Of a stretch of 64,000 nt of DNA, positions 35,577 through 45,537 are shown one piece after another (the stretch's first letter is position 1; every line of letters starts with the position of its first letter). This DNA is from an uncultured Clostridia bacterium (lineage in GTDB: Bacteria; Bacillota; Clostridia; Christensenellales; CAG-314). The translations under genes and the position numbers were made by a program. The notes under the pieces were generated by a model. That model ran no database searches. It saw only the letters and a list, made by a program, of their open reading frames with translations, and had not been told where the DNA came from. The DNA lies in NCBI GenBank assembly GCA_947625185.1, contig CANQNJ010000002.1, positions 3,267 through 67,266 of the forward strand, read 5' to 3'.

Positions 35577-35906
35577 CTAATTCTCTTCAAATTCCACTTC
35601 GATGACGTGAACGTTGACGTCCTTGACCTTGAACTCGGTCATATTCTCTATCGTGTTCTTGACGGTGCTTTGTATGCCGCTGGCGACGTCGCTTACCTCA
35701 ACGTTGTAAGCCAGCTTGACATATACGTCTACATACACCTCGTCTTCTACATATTCTATCTTGATCGAATCGCGCGCCTGCTTGGAATTGACCGGGTATT
35801 TGACTACCCCTTCCACCTCGTTCAAAGCGCAATCCACTATATCGCGGATGATTTCGCTGCTGTACACCAACCTGCCGGATTCGTCAAATCTATTTACAAC
35901 TTTCAT
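35577..35906 (-). CDS. Asp23/Gls24 family envelope stress protein
   Basis: 109 aa. SSEIIRDIVDCALNEVEGVV...VYVDVYVKLAYNVEVSDVASGIQSTVKNTIENMT. Confidence 0.8.
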   Translation of the reverse strand: MKVVNRFDESGRLVYSSEIIRDIVDCALNEVEGVVKYPVNSKQARDSIKIEYVEDEVYVDVYVKLAYNVEVSDVASGIQSTVKNTIENMTEFKVKDVNVHVIEVEFEEN

Positions 35907-35966
35907 AGATTGCTCCTAACAATTTCTTTTGTACAATTGTACCACAGTTTCCCGAAAATTACAATA

Positions 35967-36443
35967 CTATACAGCCACTATTCTTACATAATCGTCTTCG
36001 ATCGCAACTTCGGTATAGATAATATTGTATATCCTCGTGAGATCCTCATCGGTCAGTTCGTCCGTGCCCACGATAACGCTCACGTTATCCATACCCGCGT
36101 TGACGGTCACCAACACTTCGTCGAAGCCTTGCGCTTTCAACAGAGTTTCCAACAGTATCTCCGAATCCATAGCGTCGATGATTTGCTGTTTCTTTTCAAG
36201 GGCGTTCTTTCTCGCCTCCTCGTACTCGTCTCCTTCCATTGCCAATATGGCATTAAGCTCGGCGATCTCGTAATCGCGCGTGCTTTGTCTGTCCAGACGC
36301 GACGTTGCAAAGAAACTCGTTTGCACCGTATCCCCGCTTGCCTGATCTTTCTTGTTGGTAAGCAGCGTTACGTTAAGCACTGCCGCAACGACAAGTACCG
36401 CCACCATCGACACTATCAAGGCGATTTTCTTTCCTTTTGACAT
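35967..36443 (-). CDS. spoIIIAH: stage III sporulation protein AH (by position and topology)
   Basis: N-terminal TM anchor plus a soluble domain. It is the last gene of the eight-gene spoIIIA-order cluster. Confidence 0.6.
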   Translation of the reverse strand: MSKGKKIALIVSMVAVLVVAAVLNVTLLTNKKDQASGDTVQTSFFATSRLDRQSTRDYEIAELNAILAMEGDEYEEARKNALEKKQQIIDAMDSEILLETLLKAQGFDEVLVTVNAGMDNVSVIVGTDELTDEDLTRIYNIIYTEVAIEDDYVRIVAV

Positions 36444-36456
36444 ATTTGCATCCTCC

Positions 36457-36948
36457 CTAACTTTTATATTTTAACACTTGCACGTCCTGTTGCCGAACGT
36501 CCAACAGTGTTATAACCACGTTGACAATTTTGTACCTTACGATCGGATCGTCCGCGCCCTCGGCTACGACTACCACGCCGAGTATCTTGGGCGGAAGAGT
36601 CGTTGACACAAGCGGTTCTCCCTTGGAGAATACCGGACTGTCGTTTTTCTTTATTACGCCGCCCGACGCGGTAGTCTCGGATTCGTAAGCATACACGGTT
36701 TCTGCATCGCTTGCATATGATATTGCGACCGAAGCTTTGCCGCAACCGTCTATTTTTTCTACTACGCTACAAATTTTATGCTCCATTTGACCGATATATG
36801 AATTATCCGCCGAATTCTTTTCGGAATTTTTTTGACCGCTGCTCAACCAGACTATAATTATGACTGCAAGCGCAAGGATAAGCGCAGCATAAAGTTCTAT
36901 ATTGGCGATCGATTTTATTTTAGCAAAAAGTTTTTTTAATTTCTCCAT
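36457..36948 (-). CDS. spoIIIAG: stage III sporulation protein AG
   Basis: TM anchor, then ...ILGVVVVAEGADDPIVRYKIVNVVITLLDV, a SpoIIIAG-type C-terminus. Start at MEKLKK, 6 nt after GGAGG. Confidence 0.65.
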   Translation of the reverse strand: MEKLKKLFAKIKSIANIELYAALILALAVIIIVWLSSGQKNSEKNSADNSYIGQMEHKICSVVEKIDGCGKASVAISYASDAETVYAYESETTASGGVIKKNDSPVFSKGEPLVSTTLPPKILGVVVVAEGADDPIVRYKIVNVVITLLDVRQQDVQVLKYKS

Positions 36949-37014
36949 GTTATTCCTCCGAGGCAATCAGACGCACGTTACGCGCCCTGCCGCCGCGTCG
37001 CAGACAGACGATTG

Positions 37015-37440
37015 CTATACCCAAATTATTTCCACCGTACAATCGGGACAGTAAGTTCGCGCGATCATACGAATTTTCGCCTCTGTTTCGACGGATCTGC
37101 CTGTCGAAAGGATAACGGTGACGTTGCCGTCGGAAATGGCTACGCTCTCAACCTCGACGCCGTTCGCCTCCAATACCGAAGCGATCGACGCGGCTTTTTC
37201 GCGCTCCTGCCTATCCGTTGCGTTATCTAAAAACTGCTCTTGCAGTTCCGTCGGTGGACTCGCGTCGGAAAAAGAAATTCCGCCGCCAAAAATCGATATC
37301 AAAGGCTGTACTATCACCAGCGTCACGACAACTCCGAATACCGTTTTTACATATTTGCGCGTTTGACCTTCCGGCAAAATTATATCGCAAAGCACAGACA
37401 ATATGGCTATACCCGCCACGGTCACGACCCATTGTCCCAT
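37015..37440 (-). CDS. spoIIIAF: stage III sporulation protein AF
   Basis: MGQWVVTVAGIAILSVLCDIILPEGQTRKYVKTVFGVVV has two N-terminal TM helices, as in SpoIIIAF. Supported by operon position. Confidence 0.6.
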   Translation of the reverse strand: MGQWVVTVAGIAILSVLCDIILPEGQTRKYVKTVFGVVVTLVIVQPLISIFGGGISFSDASPPTELQEQFLDNATDRQEREKAASIASVLEANGVEVESVAISDGNVTVILSTGRSVETEAKIRMIARTYCPDCTVEIIWV

Positions 37441-37442
37441 GA

Positions 37443-38573
37443 TCACACTCCGTTTGTAGTACATATCGCAATCATTATGAGAATTGCAAACATAAAGCAC
37501 ACCGCAATGACCAGAACGGTAAGGAAAGTGAGAGATTTGCTCATACCGCCGAGTATCTTTACATATTTTTCGTCCACTATCGGTTCGCTGATTGCCGCAA
37601 CCGCCTGCAATCCGAGATTAAGACACAGCGTACCCACTATCGGACGTATCGCCGTAAACAGCAGAATCAGCAATGCCACCACGCCGAAAGCGTTCTTTAT
37701 AAGAGACGTACTCGCCGCGATCATATCGAACCCGTCGGCAAGATATCCTCCCAATATCGGAATGTAACTTTTTGTCGCGAATTTTGCCGCGCGATAAGAC
37801 ACGCCGTCGATAGCCGCCGCGGAAATTCCCTGCACGGTAGTCACCGCGGAAAAGAGCATAAACAATACTCCGAGTATCCACCCCGACGCGTTATTGAAAA
37901 AAGACGACGCCTTGCTTACGCGCACGTTGGAGGAGATATTGCTTACGACGGCAAATACCAATGCAAAGACGGACAACGGCAACACCGCCGAACGAATGAT
38001 CTCTATCACCGTAGTAGAAAACATCACCATCGACGGCTGACATACCGAACTTACCGCGTTGCCGCCGTTAGCCACAAGCAAAGTCAACAATATCGGAGAG
38101 GAAACTTCGGCGAGAGTCGCCACTTGATTGAGCATGGTAAATATCTGTCGGTATATATCCGCTATCATAGACAGCACCGATACGAGTACGACCGTAACGC
38201 CTACGAAGGAAACCACGCTGTCGGTGCTGTCGGAGATCATACCGCCGCCCGTTTTTCTTATCAGCCCCAATACGACCAACACCACAAATACAGATATCAA
38301 CTCGGGCAAGAGATCCCTTATGCCTTCGCCGAATAACGTACTCATAACAACGAAGAAACTATCCGTATTGTCAAATTCTCCGTTAATGATGCTGCGCACC
38401 TTGGCTGCGACGTCATCGAAAAAATCACCTGCAACGTCGTCCACCGCGGAAAAGTCTATGTTATTCATTCCTTCGTCGATGTTGTTCGCCAAGTCATCCA
38501 TAACGTCCGCCCGAGCGTACACGGGCAAACACAAAGTAACCGACAACACCAACATAATCAGCAATCTCTTCAT
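37443..38573 (-). CDS. spoIIIAE: stage III sporulation protein AE
   Basis: 376-aa polytopic membrane protein with a signal peptide, in the SpoIIIAE position. Confidence 0.8.
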   Translation of the reverse strand: MKRLLIMLVLSVTLCLPVYARADVMDDLANNIDEGMNNIDFSAVDDVAGDFFDDVAAKVRSIINGEFDNTDSFFVVMSTLFGEGIRDLLPELISVFVVLVVLGLIRKTGGGMISDSTDSVVSFVGVTVVLVSVLSMIADIYRQIFTMLNQVATLAEVSSPILLTLLVANGGNAVSSVCQPSMVMFSTTVIEIIRSAVLPLSVFALVFAVVSNISSNVRVSKASSFFNNASGWILGVLFMLFSAVTTVQGISAAAIDGVSYRAAKFATKSYIPILGGYLADGFDMIAASTSLIKNAFGVVALLILLFTAIRPIVGTLCLNLGLQAVAAISEPIVDEKYVKILGGMSKSLTFLTVLVIAVCFMFAILIMIAICTTNGV

Positions 38574-38956
38574 AACGTCATACCGACGATCGTCTCAAAA
38601 AGCTTCTCCACGATCGGCAACGCGCAAAATATTATGGCTACCTTGGCTGCCAACAACACCTTATCGCCGACGCTCTTACAGTCGGCATCAAGACAGAGAT
38701 TGTTGCTGAATTCCGCCAGATACCCTATGCCTATTACCTTTATCACGCAGCCTATCGCTTCTCCGTCGATATTGGCACGGTCGGCAAAGTCGTACAGCGT
38801 GCGTACCACCTCATACAAAGCGTCGCATATCATCAACAGCAATACCACTGCCGAACCCACCGTCAACGGCGCCGCAAACTCCGGCTTCAACTGACGGACG
38901 ATAAGTATCCCCACAACGGACAGCAGCGCAAGCAAAGCAATTTTGTAAAAATCCAT
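38570..38956 (-). CDS. spoIIIAD: stage III sporulation protein AD
   Basis: 128-aa 4-TM protein. GIGYLAEFSNNLCLDADCKSVGDKV is a SpoIIIAD-like motif. Confidence 0.75.
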   Translation of the reverse strand: MDFYKIALLALLSVVGILIVRQLKPEFAAPLTVGSAVVLLLMICDALYEVVRTLYDFADRANIDGEAIGCVIKVIGIGYLAEFSNNLCLDADCKSVGDKVLLAAKVAIIFCALPIVEKLFETIVGMTL

Positions 38957-38958
38957 AG

Positions 38959-39153
38959 TTACAGGTCGAAAAGGGCTTGAAGCGTATCATAAAGTTGAAC
39001 TATGACGTCCAACATCATAACAAGCGCCACAACCAATCCAACCACAGATACGACTGTGGCGATCTCATCTCTGCCGGACCGTTTAAGCAACATTGTTGCA
39101 ATTGCGGTTATTATTCCGACGGCGGCAATTTTAAGTATTACGGCGATATCCAT
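38959..39153 (-). CDS. spoIIIAC: stage III sporulation protein AC
   Basis: 64-aa 2-TM protein in the expected operon position. Confidence 0.75.
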   Translation of the reverse strand: MDIAVILKIAAVGIITAIATMLLKRSGRDEIATVVSVVGLVVALVMMLDVIVQLYDTLQALFDL

Positions 39154-39163
39154 TATTCACCTG

Positions 39164-39610
39164 CTAAATAAATACTATCCCAACCATTACGCCGAGCAAG
39201 ATCCCCAACTTTACGTATACCGAAGCCTTGGAAGCCTGCTCTGTCGCCGATTTATTTTGCGATGAAAATATCGCAGAATAATAGTCTATGTGCGATTTCA
39301 ATTCCCGCGAACCGACGGCGCCTATATTGTCATAAAAGTTTTTCAAAGAGGTCTTCTCCGCATTCGACAAGCCGCACCTTATCTTTCCGTCGGTGAGATA
39401 TTCTCGGAAAGCGACGCTGCAATTTTCGGCGAATTCTTTGTTGAACTTGTCCAATTCCACTTGTCTGCCGTCGATATTGAGACGAAAAAGCTCCGTATAA
39501 CGCACCAAATCGGACAAAAACTCCGATTTGGCTTTAACTCGCCGTTCGACGTACTTTCCGATGGCAAATCCGCATAAAGAACAGACAATTATTACTACTA
39601 TGTCTAACAT
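39164..39610 (-). CDS. spoIIIAB: stage III sporulation protein AB
   Basis: An N-terminal TM helix then a helical domain. The ORF extends to 39640; the start at MLDIVV was chosen by analogy and is uncertain. Confidence 0.6.
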   Translation of the reverse strand: MLDIVVIIVCSLCGFAIGKYVERRVKAKSEFLSDLVRYTELFRLNIDGRQVELDKFNKEFAENCSVAFREYLTDGKIRCGLSNAEKTSLKNFYDNIGAVGSRELKSHIDYYSAIFSSQNKSATEQASKASVYVKLGILLGVMVGIVFI

Positions 39611-39614
39611 ATTA

Positions 39615-40472
39615 TTATGTATATTCGTATTTTTCGGCATTGTTTGGGCGGTTTAAGGGCACGATTTTCGGTTTCATATCCGTTTTGTTCAGTATAACGG
39701 CGGTAGAAAAATGTTGTAAAAGGTCGAATTTATCGGCAAAGTCGGCGATATCTTTTCCGTGAACGCTGCAAGCGACGTTTACACCGCTGTCGATCGCCAT
39801 ACAAACGTCCCGAGAGTCATCTGTCGTAAGTTCGTCGCACACTATCCAATGAGGCGACATAGAACGGATCCCTACGACAAATCCGTAATCCTTACCGCAC
39901 CATTTAATTACGTCGCAATTTCCGATGTTTGCCTTGTCGTCGTCATAAAACAGTTCGCCACGCTCGTCCAATACCAAAACGTTAAATTGTCTCGACAGCT
40001 TAACGGACAGATCCCGAAGAAATGTCGTCTTGCCGCTGCCCGGCGGACCGATAACGGCGACATTTCCGCGAAGGCATTGTTCCATAGCATCCGAATCGAC
40101 AAGATTAACTCGATGCGGGATCCGAAAGCACAGCGACGTATATTTGCGGAAAACCGCCTCCGTACTTCCTGCCACGCTGCCGCATACGCCGACGCGAACG
40201 CCGTCTTCAAGCGAGAAAAACCCTTTGGCAAGCATTTTTTCGTAAGCGTAAACGGAATTATTGCAGGCAGCTCGCACTATGTCGTCGCATACTTCGCCGA
40301 GTATCATTCCGCCAATACCTCGCCGCTCCAAACCGTTTTTGCCCACCGCGTACCATTTATCGCCGATATTGACCCAAGCGCACCTGCCGTCGCGAATGCG
40401 TATTTCTCTCAGATCCGAAAGGTTACGCAGCTTGTCGGACACTTCGCGCGGAAGACAATCCCACACCTTCAT
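39615..40472 (-). CDS. spoIIIAA: stage III sporulation protein AA (ATPase)
   Basis: Walker A GPPGSGKTTFLRDL and Walker B VLVLDE. First gene of the cluster. Confidence 0.8.
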   Translation of the reverse strand: MKVWDCLPREVSDKLRNLSDLREIRIRDGRCAWVNIGDKWYAVGKNGLERRGIGGMILGEVCDDIVRAACNNSVYAYEKMLAKGFFSLEDGVRVGVCGSVAGSTEAVFRKYTSLCFRIPHRVNLVDSDAMEQCLRGNVAVIGPPGSGKTTFLRDLSVKLSRQFNVLVLDERGELFYDDDKANIGNCDVIKWCGKDYGFVVGIRSMSPHWIVCDELTTDDSRDVCMAIDSGVNVACSVHGKDIADFADKFDLLQHFSTAVILNKTDMKPKIVPLNRPNNAEKYEYT

Positions 40473-40620
40473 ACAATAGAATATTGGACAAGCATATTTT
40501 TTATGCCAAGTCCCCGCTGCATTTGCATTTCCGCATATGAAAAATTTAATTTCCGTATTTACACAATTTTATTTTTATGTTAAAATATATTTATAAATTA
40601 TTTTAGGAAGCGGATACGAT

Positions 40621-41010
40621 ATGAAAAATTCGATACAATACATAACCAAAGAGAAAGCCAATCAGTTGATAGATCAACCGCAAAAGGGCAAGCGCAATCA
40701 CATAGGTATAATAGACGGGATAGAGATCAAAACGATCGAGGACTACTTCGCCTGCATAAGCAAACTGTACCGTTTTCCGGAAAGCGAGGTCGATTTAGAC
40801 CTCTATAACGATCTGATGCGCAATCTCGCCTGGTTTGATTACACATCTTACAGCTTGTTTATCCTCAATTACGACACGTTTATGTGCGATGATTTACAGA
40901 ACAAAATAGCCGTTATGGATTCGTTTTTGAACGTCATACTGCCCTGGTGGGATATGAAAGCCGAATATGAGAATAAAGTAAGGCACTTTGACGTTTATCT
41001 CGTCAATTGA
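40621..41010 (+). CDS. barstar-family (ribonuclease inhibitor-like) protein, putative
   Basis: IIDGIEIKTIEDYFACISKLYRFPE...YNDLMRNLAWFD...LFILNYDTF follows the barstar pattern (idG..i.s..df...l...l.FP.y.g.N.Dal.D.l). No adjacent RNase gene. Confidence 0.4.
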   Translation: MKNSIQYITKEKANQLIDQPQKGKRNHIGIIDGIEIKTIEDYFACISKLYRFPESEVDLDLYNDLMRNLAWFDYTSYSLFILNYDTFMCDDLQNKIAVMDSFLNVILPWWDMKAEYENKVRHFDVYLVN

Positions 41011-41148
41011 GTTTTGTCAAGACGCAAATGCCGAGACCATAGCTCGACGATAAAAACTTTTCTTTGCACATAACCGTTTCGCTTGACAACGTTATGATTT
41101 TATGCGAAGAACAATAAACGTACGGTCAAACCGCCGTAAATAGCCAAA

Positions 41149-41186
41149 TAAAAATCCGCGTCTTCAGGGCGCGGATTTTTATTTTA
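41149..41186. terminator. bidirectional rho-independent terminator between convergent genes
   Basis: AAAAATCCGCGtcttcagggCGCGGATTTTTATTTT. Confidence 0.6.
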
Positions 41187-41343
41187 CAAGAAAACCTCTT
41201 CCCACTGCGTTACTGCGGTAGGAAGAGGGAGCAACTGAGTTGATTTTTTTGTCGGGGAGATTGCCCGGTCTCCCGACACTTCATAAAGCCAAAAGACACT
41301 TAATGTGACTTGCACTTTTGGTGGAAATCATTTCGTCAAACGT

Positions 41344-41976
41344 CTATAACCTTTTAGTCAATGCATCGATAAGAATATTCTTTAACGAGGCACCCGTCTC
41401 TCTGTTTATCACGCCGCCGCCATCAATACGCTCTAATGCAGTGACAAAGTCGGACAAACGAAAACCGTCCATACCAAACACGTTGCTCGTCGGATTGATA
41501 TCGAGATAGAGCTTTTCGTAAAAGTTTATCAATTGCAAGTTTGTCGCTTCGCGACACTTTACGATTTCGGCTATCCCCTTTGCTTTTTCTGCTCCAGAAT
41601 CAAACTGCGACGCAGTTAAATTTGTCAAAGAATCAAGCGCCTTGATAATGTGTTCATTGTCCGTGCGGATCTTCTCAATCTGTTTGAGTATATAACCGAC
41701 GGTCAATTCCGGCACGTCATCGGCGATGATCTCCTCATTGACTACGGCGGACGACTTGACGTTTGTATCTTTTATGCCTTCTTCATTTTTGATATTGCTA
41801 TCAGACATTTTTGTATCCTCCTTTTTGTCAGGCGGACACGCAAGGCAAATTGTATTATCGTCTACGAAGCGTGCCCTGCCTTTTTTTACAAGACCTTTTG
41901 CCCTTTTAGGATAGGTCGCTTCATATTTTTCGCCGAATTCATCGACAACGGAAATATTTTTTTCTATGGGTTCCAA
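41344..41976 (-). CDS. hypothetical protein
   Basis: 210-aa ORF with coding-like composition and no motif I recognise. Confidence 0.5.
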   Translation of the reverse strand: MEPIEKNISVVDEFGEKYEATYPKRAKGLVKKGRARFVDDNTICLACPPDKKEDTKMSDSNIKNEEGIKDTNVKSSAVVNEEIIADDVPELTVGYILKQIEKIRTDNEHIIKALDSLTNLTASQFDSGAEKAKGIAEIVKCREATNLQLINFYEKLYLDINPTSNVFGMDGFRLSDFVTALERIDGGGVINRETGASLKNILIDALTKRL

Positions 41977-42087
41977 CCCCCTATTTGAAATTAAGCTACG
42001 TTTTTAATGATGAGTGTCTTCTCCAGCTCAAATTCATTATATCAAAGGTCACTGTTTATGTCAATGCTTTTATTATTTCCGATACGC

Positions 42088-42128
42088 CTAAAATTATAAA
42101 CGAGCGATCGCAATAAAAGATCGCTCGT
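42088..42128 (-). terminator. terminator after efp
   Basis: CGAGCGATCgcaataaaaGATCGCTCG with a T-rich tract on the minus strand. Confidence 0.5.
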
Positions 42129-42137
42129 TATTTTCAA

Positions 42138-42698
42138 TTACTTTGCACGTTCCATATATTCGCCCGTTCTGGTATCGATACGAATCATATCGCCCTCGTT
42201 GACGAACATCGGCACCATAAGCTTATAACCGGTCTCAACGGTTGCGGGTTTGGTTGCGTTGGTCGCGGTATTGCCCGCAACGGCAGGTTCGCAATTCACC
42301 ACCTGCAACACAACAAAGTTGGGAGGTTCAACGGAGAATGCTTCGCCCTTGTAAAATTTGATCGTGGCGGTCATATTCTCTTTGAGGAACTGCAAAGCGT
42401 CCTCAACCTGTCCTTTGTTGAGAGGTACTTGCTCATAGGTCTCGTTGTCCATAAAGTAGTACAGATCTCCGTCGGAATACAAGTACTCCATTTCCTTGTT
42501 TTCGATATGAGCCAATTCAAACTTTTCGGACGGATTGAAGGTTTCTTCACGGACGGCGCCTGTCACAACGTTCTTTATCTTGGTTCTGACAAAAGCCGCG
42601 CCCTTGCCGGGCTTGACGTGTTGAAAATCCACAATAACGTAAATTCCGCTGTTATAAACGAATGTTACGCCCTTTCTGAAATCGCCTGCTAAAATCAT
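42138..42698 (-). CDS. efp: elongation factor P
   Basis: 186 aa. [43 protein letters not shown]. Confidence 0.92.
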   Translation of the reverse strand: MILAGDFRKGVTFVYNSGIYVIVDFQHVKPGKGAAFVRTKIKNVVTGAVREETFNPSEKFELAHIENKEMEYLYSDGDLYYFMDNETYEQVPLNKGQVEDALQFLKENMTATIKFYKGEAFSVEPPNFVVLQVVNCEPAVAGNTATNATKPATVETGYKLMVPMFVNEGDMIRIDTRTGEYMERAK

Positions 42699-42722
42699 AA
42701 AAATAGCCTCCCTATGTTTATC

Positions 42723-43790
42723 CTATAAAATTATAATAGTTTTGTCCGATGTTGTCAAGTCGGTTACGCCATCTTCCTCGATAAGCAACAAATCTTCTAT
42801 CCTTACGCCGCCTACTCCGGGGATATATATGCCCGGTTCACAGGTAATAAATTGCTTTGCATTAAGCATGTCCACCGAACGCATCGAAGCGGTCGGCGTC
42901 TCGTGTATATCGATGCCGAGACTGTGTCCCGTGCTGTGTACGAAGTACTGTTCATAACCGTTGGATTTGATCACTTCGCGGCAGTAAGAATCCAATTCTC
43001 TGCCTGCCATCCCGCAATAGGCGTTGTTGATGCCCATTGTCTGCGCCAAAAGCACCACATTGTATATTTTGCGCAGTTCACCGCTCGGTTGCCCGACAAA
43101 CACGGTACGAGTCATATCCGAGCAATAACCGTGATAACGCGCGCCGAAATCCATCGTAACGGGGTCGCCGAGTTCAATAACTTTATCCGTGGGATGAGCA
43201 TGCGGCTTGGAAGAATTGATCCCCGATGCGATTATCGTATCGAAAGCCAATCCTTCGGCTCCGTTACGCGCCATTTGATATTCCAACTCCACCTGCACGT
43301 CGCGTTCCGTTATGCCCGGTCGAATCACCTTCAATATCTCGGAAAAGGCAATATCCGTTATCGATTGCGCCTTGCGAATATACGCTATCTCCGTTTCCGT
43401 CTTGTAGCTGCGTACGGTGCAGATAAAGTCTCCCACAGGCACGAGCTTGACGCCGGCGAGCTTATGTTTAAGCACGGAGTGATCCTGAACGGTAAGCTCC
43501 GTATCCTCGAAACCGACGGACTTGACGTCGTAATTTCGGAAGATGTCGTTAAGAGCGTCCGTAGCGCTTGTGCCGTTGGCTATCTGCACTACCTCAACGC
43601 CGTCCCGACTCAAACTCTGCGCCATCTCGTAATATCGCGGGTCGGTTATAAAAATATTCTTGTTGTTATGCAGCAAAACAAGATAACCGAACGTGGAAGC
43701 AAATCCCGTAAAATACATACGGTTTTTCTCACTGATTACGAGAACGGCGTCCACTTTGGATAACTCGAAAAGTTTATCGGTGTTTTTCAT
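42723..43790 (-). CDS. M24 family Xaa-Pro aminopeptidase
   Basis: 355 aa. DFGARYHGYCSDMTRT, HSTGHSLGIDIHE and EPGIY...GGVRIEDL are the metal-ligand motifs. Confidence 0.85.
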   Translation of the reverse strand: MKNTDKLFELSKVDAVLVISEKNRMYFTGFASTFGYLVLLHNNKNIFITDPRYYEMAQSLSRDGVEVVQIANGTSATDALNDIFRNYDVKSVGFEDTELTVQDHSVLKHKLAGVKLVPVGDFICTVRSYKTETEIAYIRKAQSITDIAFSEILKVIRPGITERDVQVELEYQMARNGAEGLAFDTIIASGINSSKPHAHPTDKVIELGDPVTMDFGARYHGYCSDMTRTVFVGQPSGELRKIYNVVLLAQTMGINNAYCGMAGRELDSYCREVIKSNGYEQYFVHSTGHSLGIDIHETPTASMRSVDMLNAKQFITCEPGIYIPGVGGVRIEDLLLIEEDGVTDLTTSDKTIIIL

Positions 43791-43799
43791 AATTCCTCC

Positions 43800-44648
43800 C
43801 TATCGGATATTGTCGTATATTTGCTTCATCGTCAGCGCGTCGTCGGCTTGGGTACCGTCCGACTCGCAGATCACGACGGGTTCCAATTTGTATTTTTTTA
43901 GCACCTTGGCTAAGGGGTCGAACTCGGGTCCGAATACGGTATCCGCAAAAGTCAGATGTCGCACCTCTCCGCCGACGGAGTACTCTATCTTGGAGAAGTG
44001 AATATGAACCTTGCTTGCGCGCTCGAAACCGAGATTGTCGATAAGATGCAATATTATCCTTTCGTAATCCTCTTCCGTTTTGAGACTGCCGTAAGTTCGC
44101 GCGTTGATATGTCCGAAATCGATCGTCGGGATAAAGAAGTCCGCCGTTTTGCAAAATTCCGTAACTTCTTCCACGTCGCCTATCTGATTGATCTTACCCA
44201 TTGTTTCGGGGCAGAATATACAGTCGTCCATTTTGTTCTCGACGATAAGCTCGGCAAGTCTTTTCATACGGCGCTGCGTCAGCTCGACAGCTTCCTTGCG
44301 GGTAAGTTTGCCCACGGTGGACGGGTGAAAAACCACCCTGTTTCCGTAAAATGCGCGGACTTTGTTGCAACTCCTGAGTATGTAACCGTAGGATTTGTCC
44401 GCCATCTCGTCCGAAGGATTGGCAAGATTGATATAGTACGGCGCGTGAACGGATATTGCAACGTCGAATACTTTGCCGAGTTCGCCTATGGCGTTGGCTT
44501 TTTCATCGCTGATGTTGATCCCTCTTCCGAAGGAATATTCGTATGCATTTAGTCCTTGCTCGGCAAGCCACTTAGGCGCATCCACGCTGGACGTATGCCC
44601 CTCGTCATAAAATTTTGAGCAATTACCGCTCGGACCGAATCTGATCAT
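43800..44648 (-). CDS. endonuclease IV family / xylose-isomerase-like TIM-barrel protein
   Basis: HAPYYINLANP, VVFHPST, CPETMGK, IDFGHINA and VHIHFSK parallel the Nfo metal-binding motifs. Confidence 0.6.
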   Translation of the reverse strand: MIRFGPSGNCSKFYDEGHTSSVDAPKWLAEQGLNAYEYSFGRGINISDEKANAIGELGKVFDVAISVHAPYYINLANPSDEMADKSYGYILRSCNKVRAFYGNRVVFHPSTVGKLTRKEAVELTQRRMKRLAELIVENKMDDCIFCPETMGKINQIGDVEEVTEFCKTADFFIPTIDFGHINARTYGSLKTEEDYERIILHLIDNLGFERASKVHIHFSKIEYSVGGEVRHLTFADTVFGPEFDPLAKVLKKYKLEPVVICESDGTQADDALTMKQIYDNIR

Positions 44649-45528
44649 TTATCACACTTTCCTTATCTTGTTCAAGTTGAGCCGTCAGTTGTTCGCCGTT
44701 GTCGAATCGATATATCGGACGCAGATATTTCGTCAAAGAAATTTTTATCGGTTTGCCGTATATATCGCCCTCAAAGTCTATCAGATGAGCCTCAACGTCG
44801 ACGCCGTTCAAGGCGAACGTGGGTTTTTGCCCTATATTCACAATGGCTTTATAGCTTTTTCCGTCTACCGCGGCATAGCCGCCGAATACGCCTATCGGAA
44901 CAAATTTATCGTTATCGACGGAAATATTTGCAGTGGGAAAGCCCAATTTTCTGCCCACTTGCCGTCCGCGGCAGACCGTTCCGCAAATGAAATACGGCTC
45001 CGACAGCAAATTGTCAGCCTCTTCTATTTTATCGGACGCAAGCAGCTTACGCACAAGAGTCGTACTGACCTTTACGCCGTCGATACACACTGCGTCCACA
45101 ATATCCGCGTCGCACGTGTCGGCGAGAAGCTCTCTCAATCCGCGGCTATCCGTTCTGTCGCTTCCGCAACTGTAATCGAATCCGCATACGACGCCTTGCA
45201 AATCGTAGTTTCTCAATATATCGACAAACTGCCGTCCCGTCTTGGCGCGAAATTCCTCATCGAACACAGCGGATACGACATAATCTACGCCTAACTTTTC
45301 GTAAAGTTTTATGCGCTCGTCATATGTGTAAATAATTTTATCGTCCTTGCCCAACAATTTGAGATGATTGTTGGAGAAGGTAAATAAAGCCACTTTGGCA
45401 TTTCGCTCCGCCGCACGGCGCTTTGCCCTTTGCAAAAGCTCGATATGTCCCAAATGCATACATCCGAAGTATCCGAGACACATAACTATGGGACGATTTA
45501 TTTGTTCGCCGAATTGTATTATTTGCAC
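44623..45528 (-). CDS. ribF: bifunctional riboflavin kinase / FMN adenylyltransferase
   Basis: 301 aa. CLGYFGCMHLGHIELL plus the C-terminal riboflavin kinase GRKLGFPTANI. Confidence 0.85.
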   Translation of the reverse strand: MQIIQFGEQINRPIVMCLGYFGCMHLGHIELLQRAKRRAAERNAKVALFTFSNNHLKLLGKDDKIIYTYDERIKLYEKLGVDYVVSAVFDEEFRAKTGRQFVDILRNYDLQGVVCGFDYSCGSDRTDSRGLRELLADTCDADIVDAVCIDGVKVSTTLVRKLLASDKIEEADNLLSEPYFICGTVCRGRQVGRKLGFPTANISVDNDKFVPIGVFGGYAAVDGKSYKAIVNIGQKPTFALNGVDVEAHLIDFEGDIYGKPIKISLTKYLRPIYRFDNGEQLTAQLEQDKESVINDQIRSER

Positions 45529-45537
45529 ATCTCACCC

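Noticed and set aside
40473-40620. A sigma-E type promoter for spoIIIA (TCATAT ... CATAAAAAAT).
   Set aside because: Spacing between the candidate -35 and -10 elements is about 28 nt, far from the 13-15 nt expected. It cannot be supported by eye.
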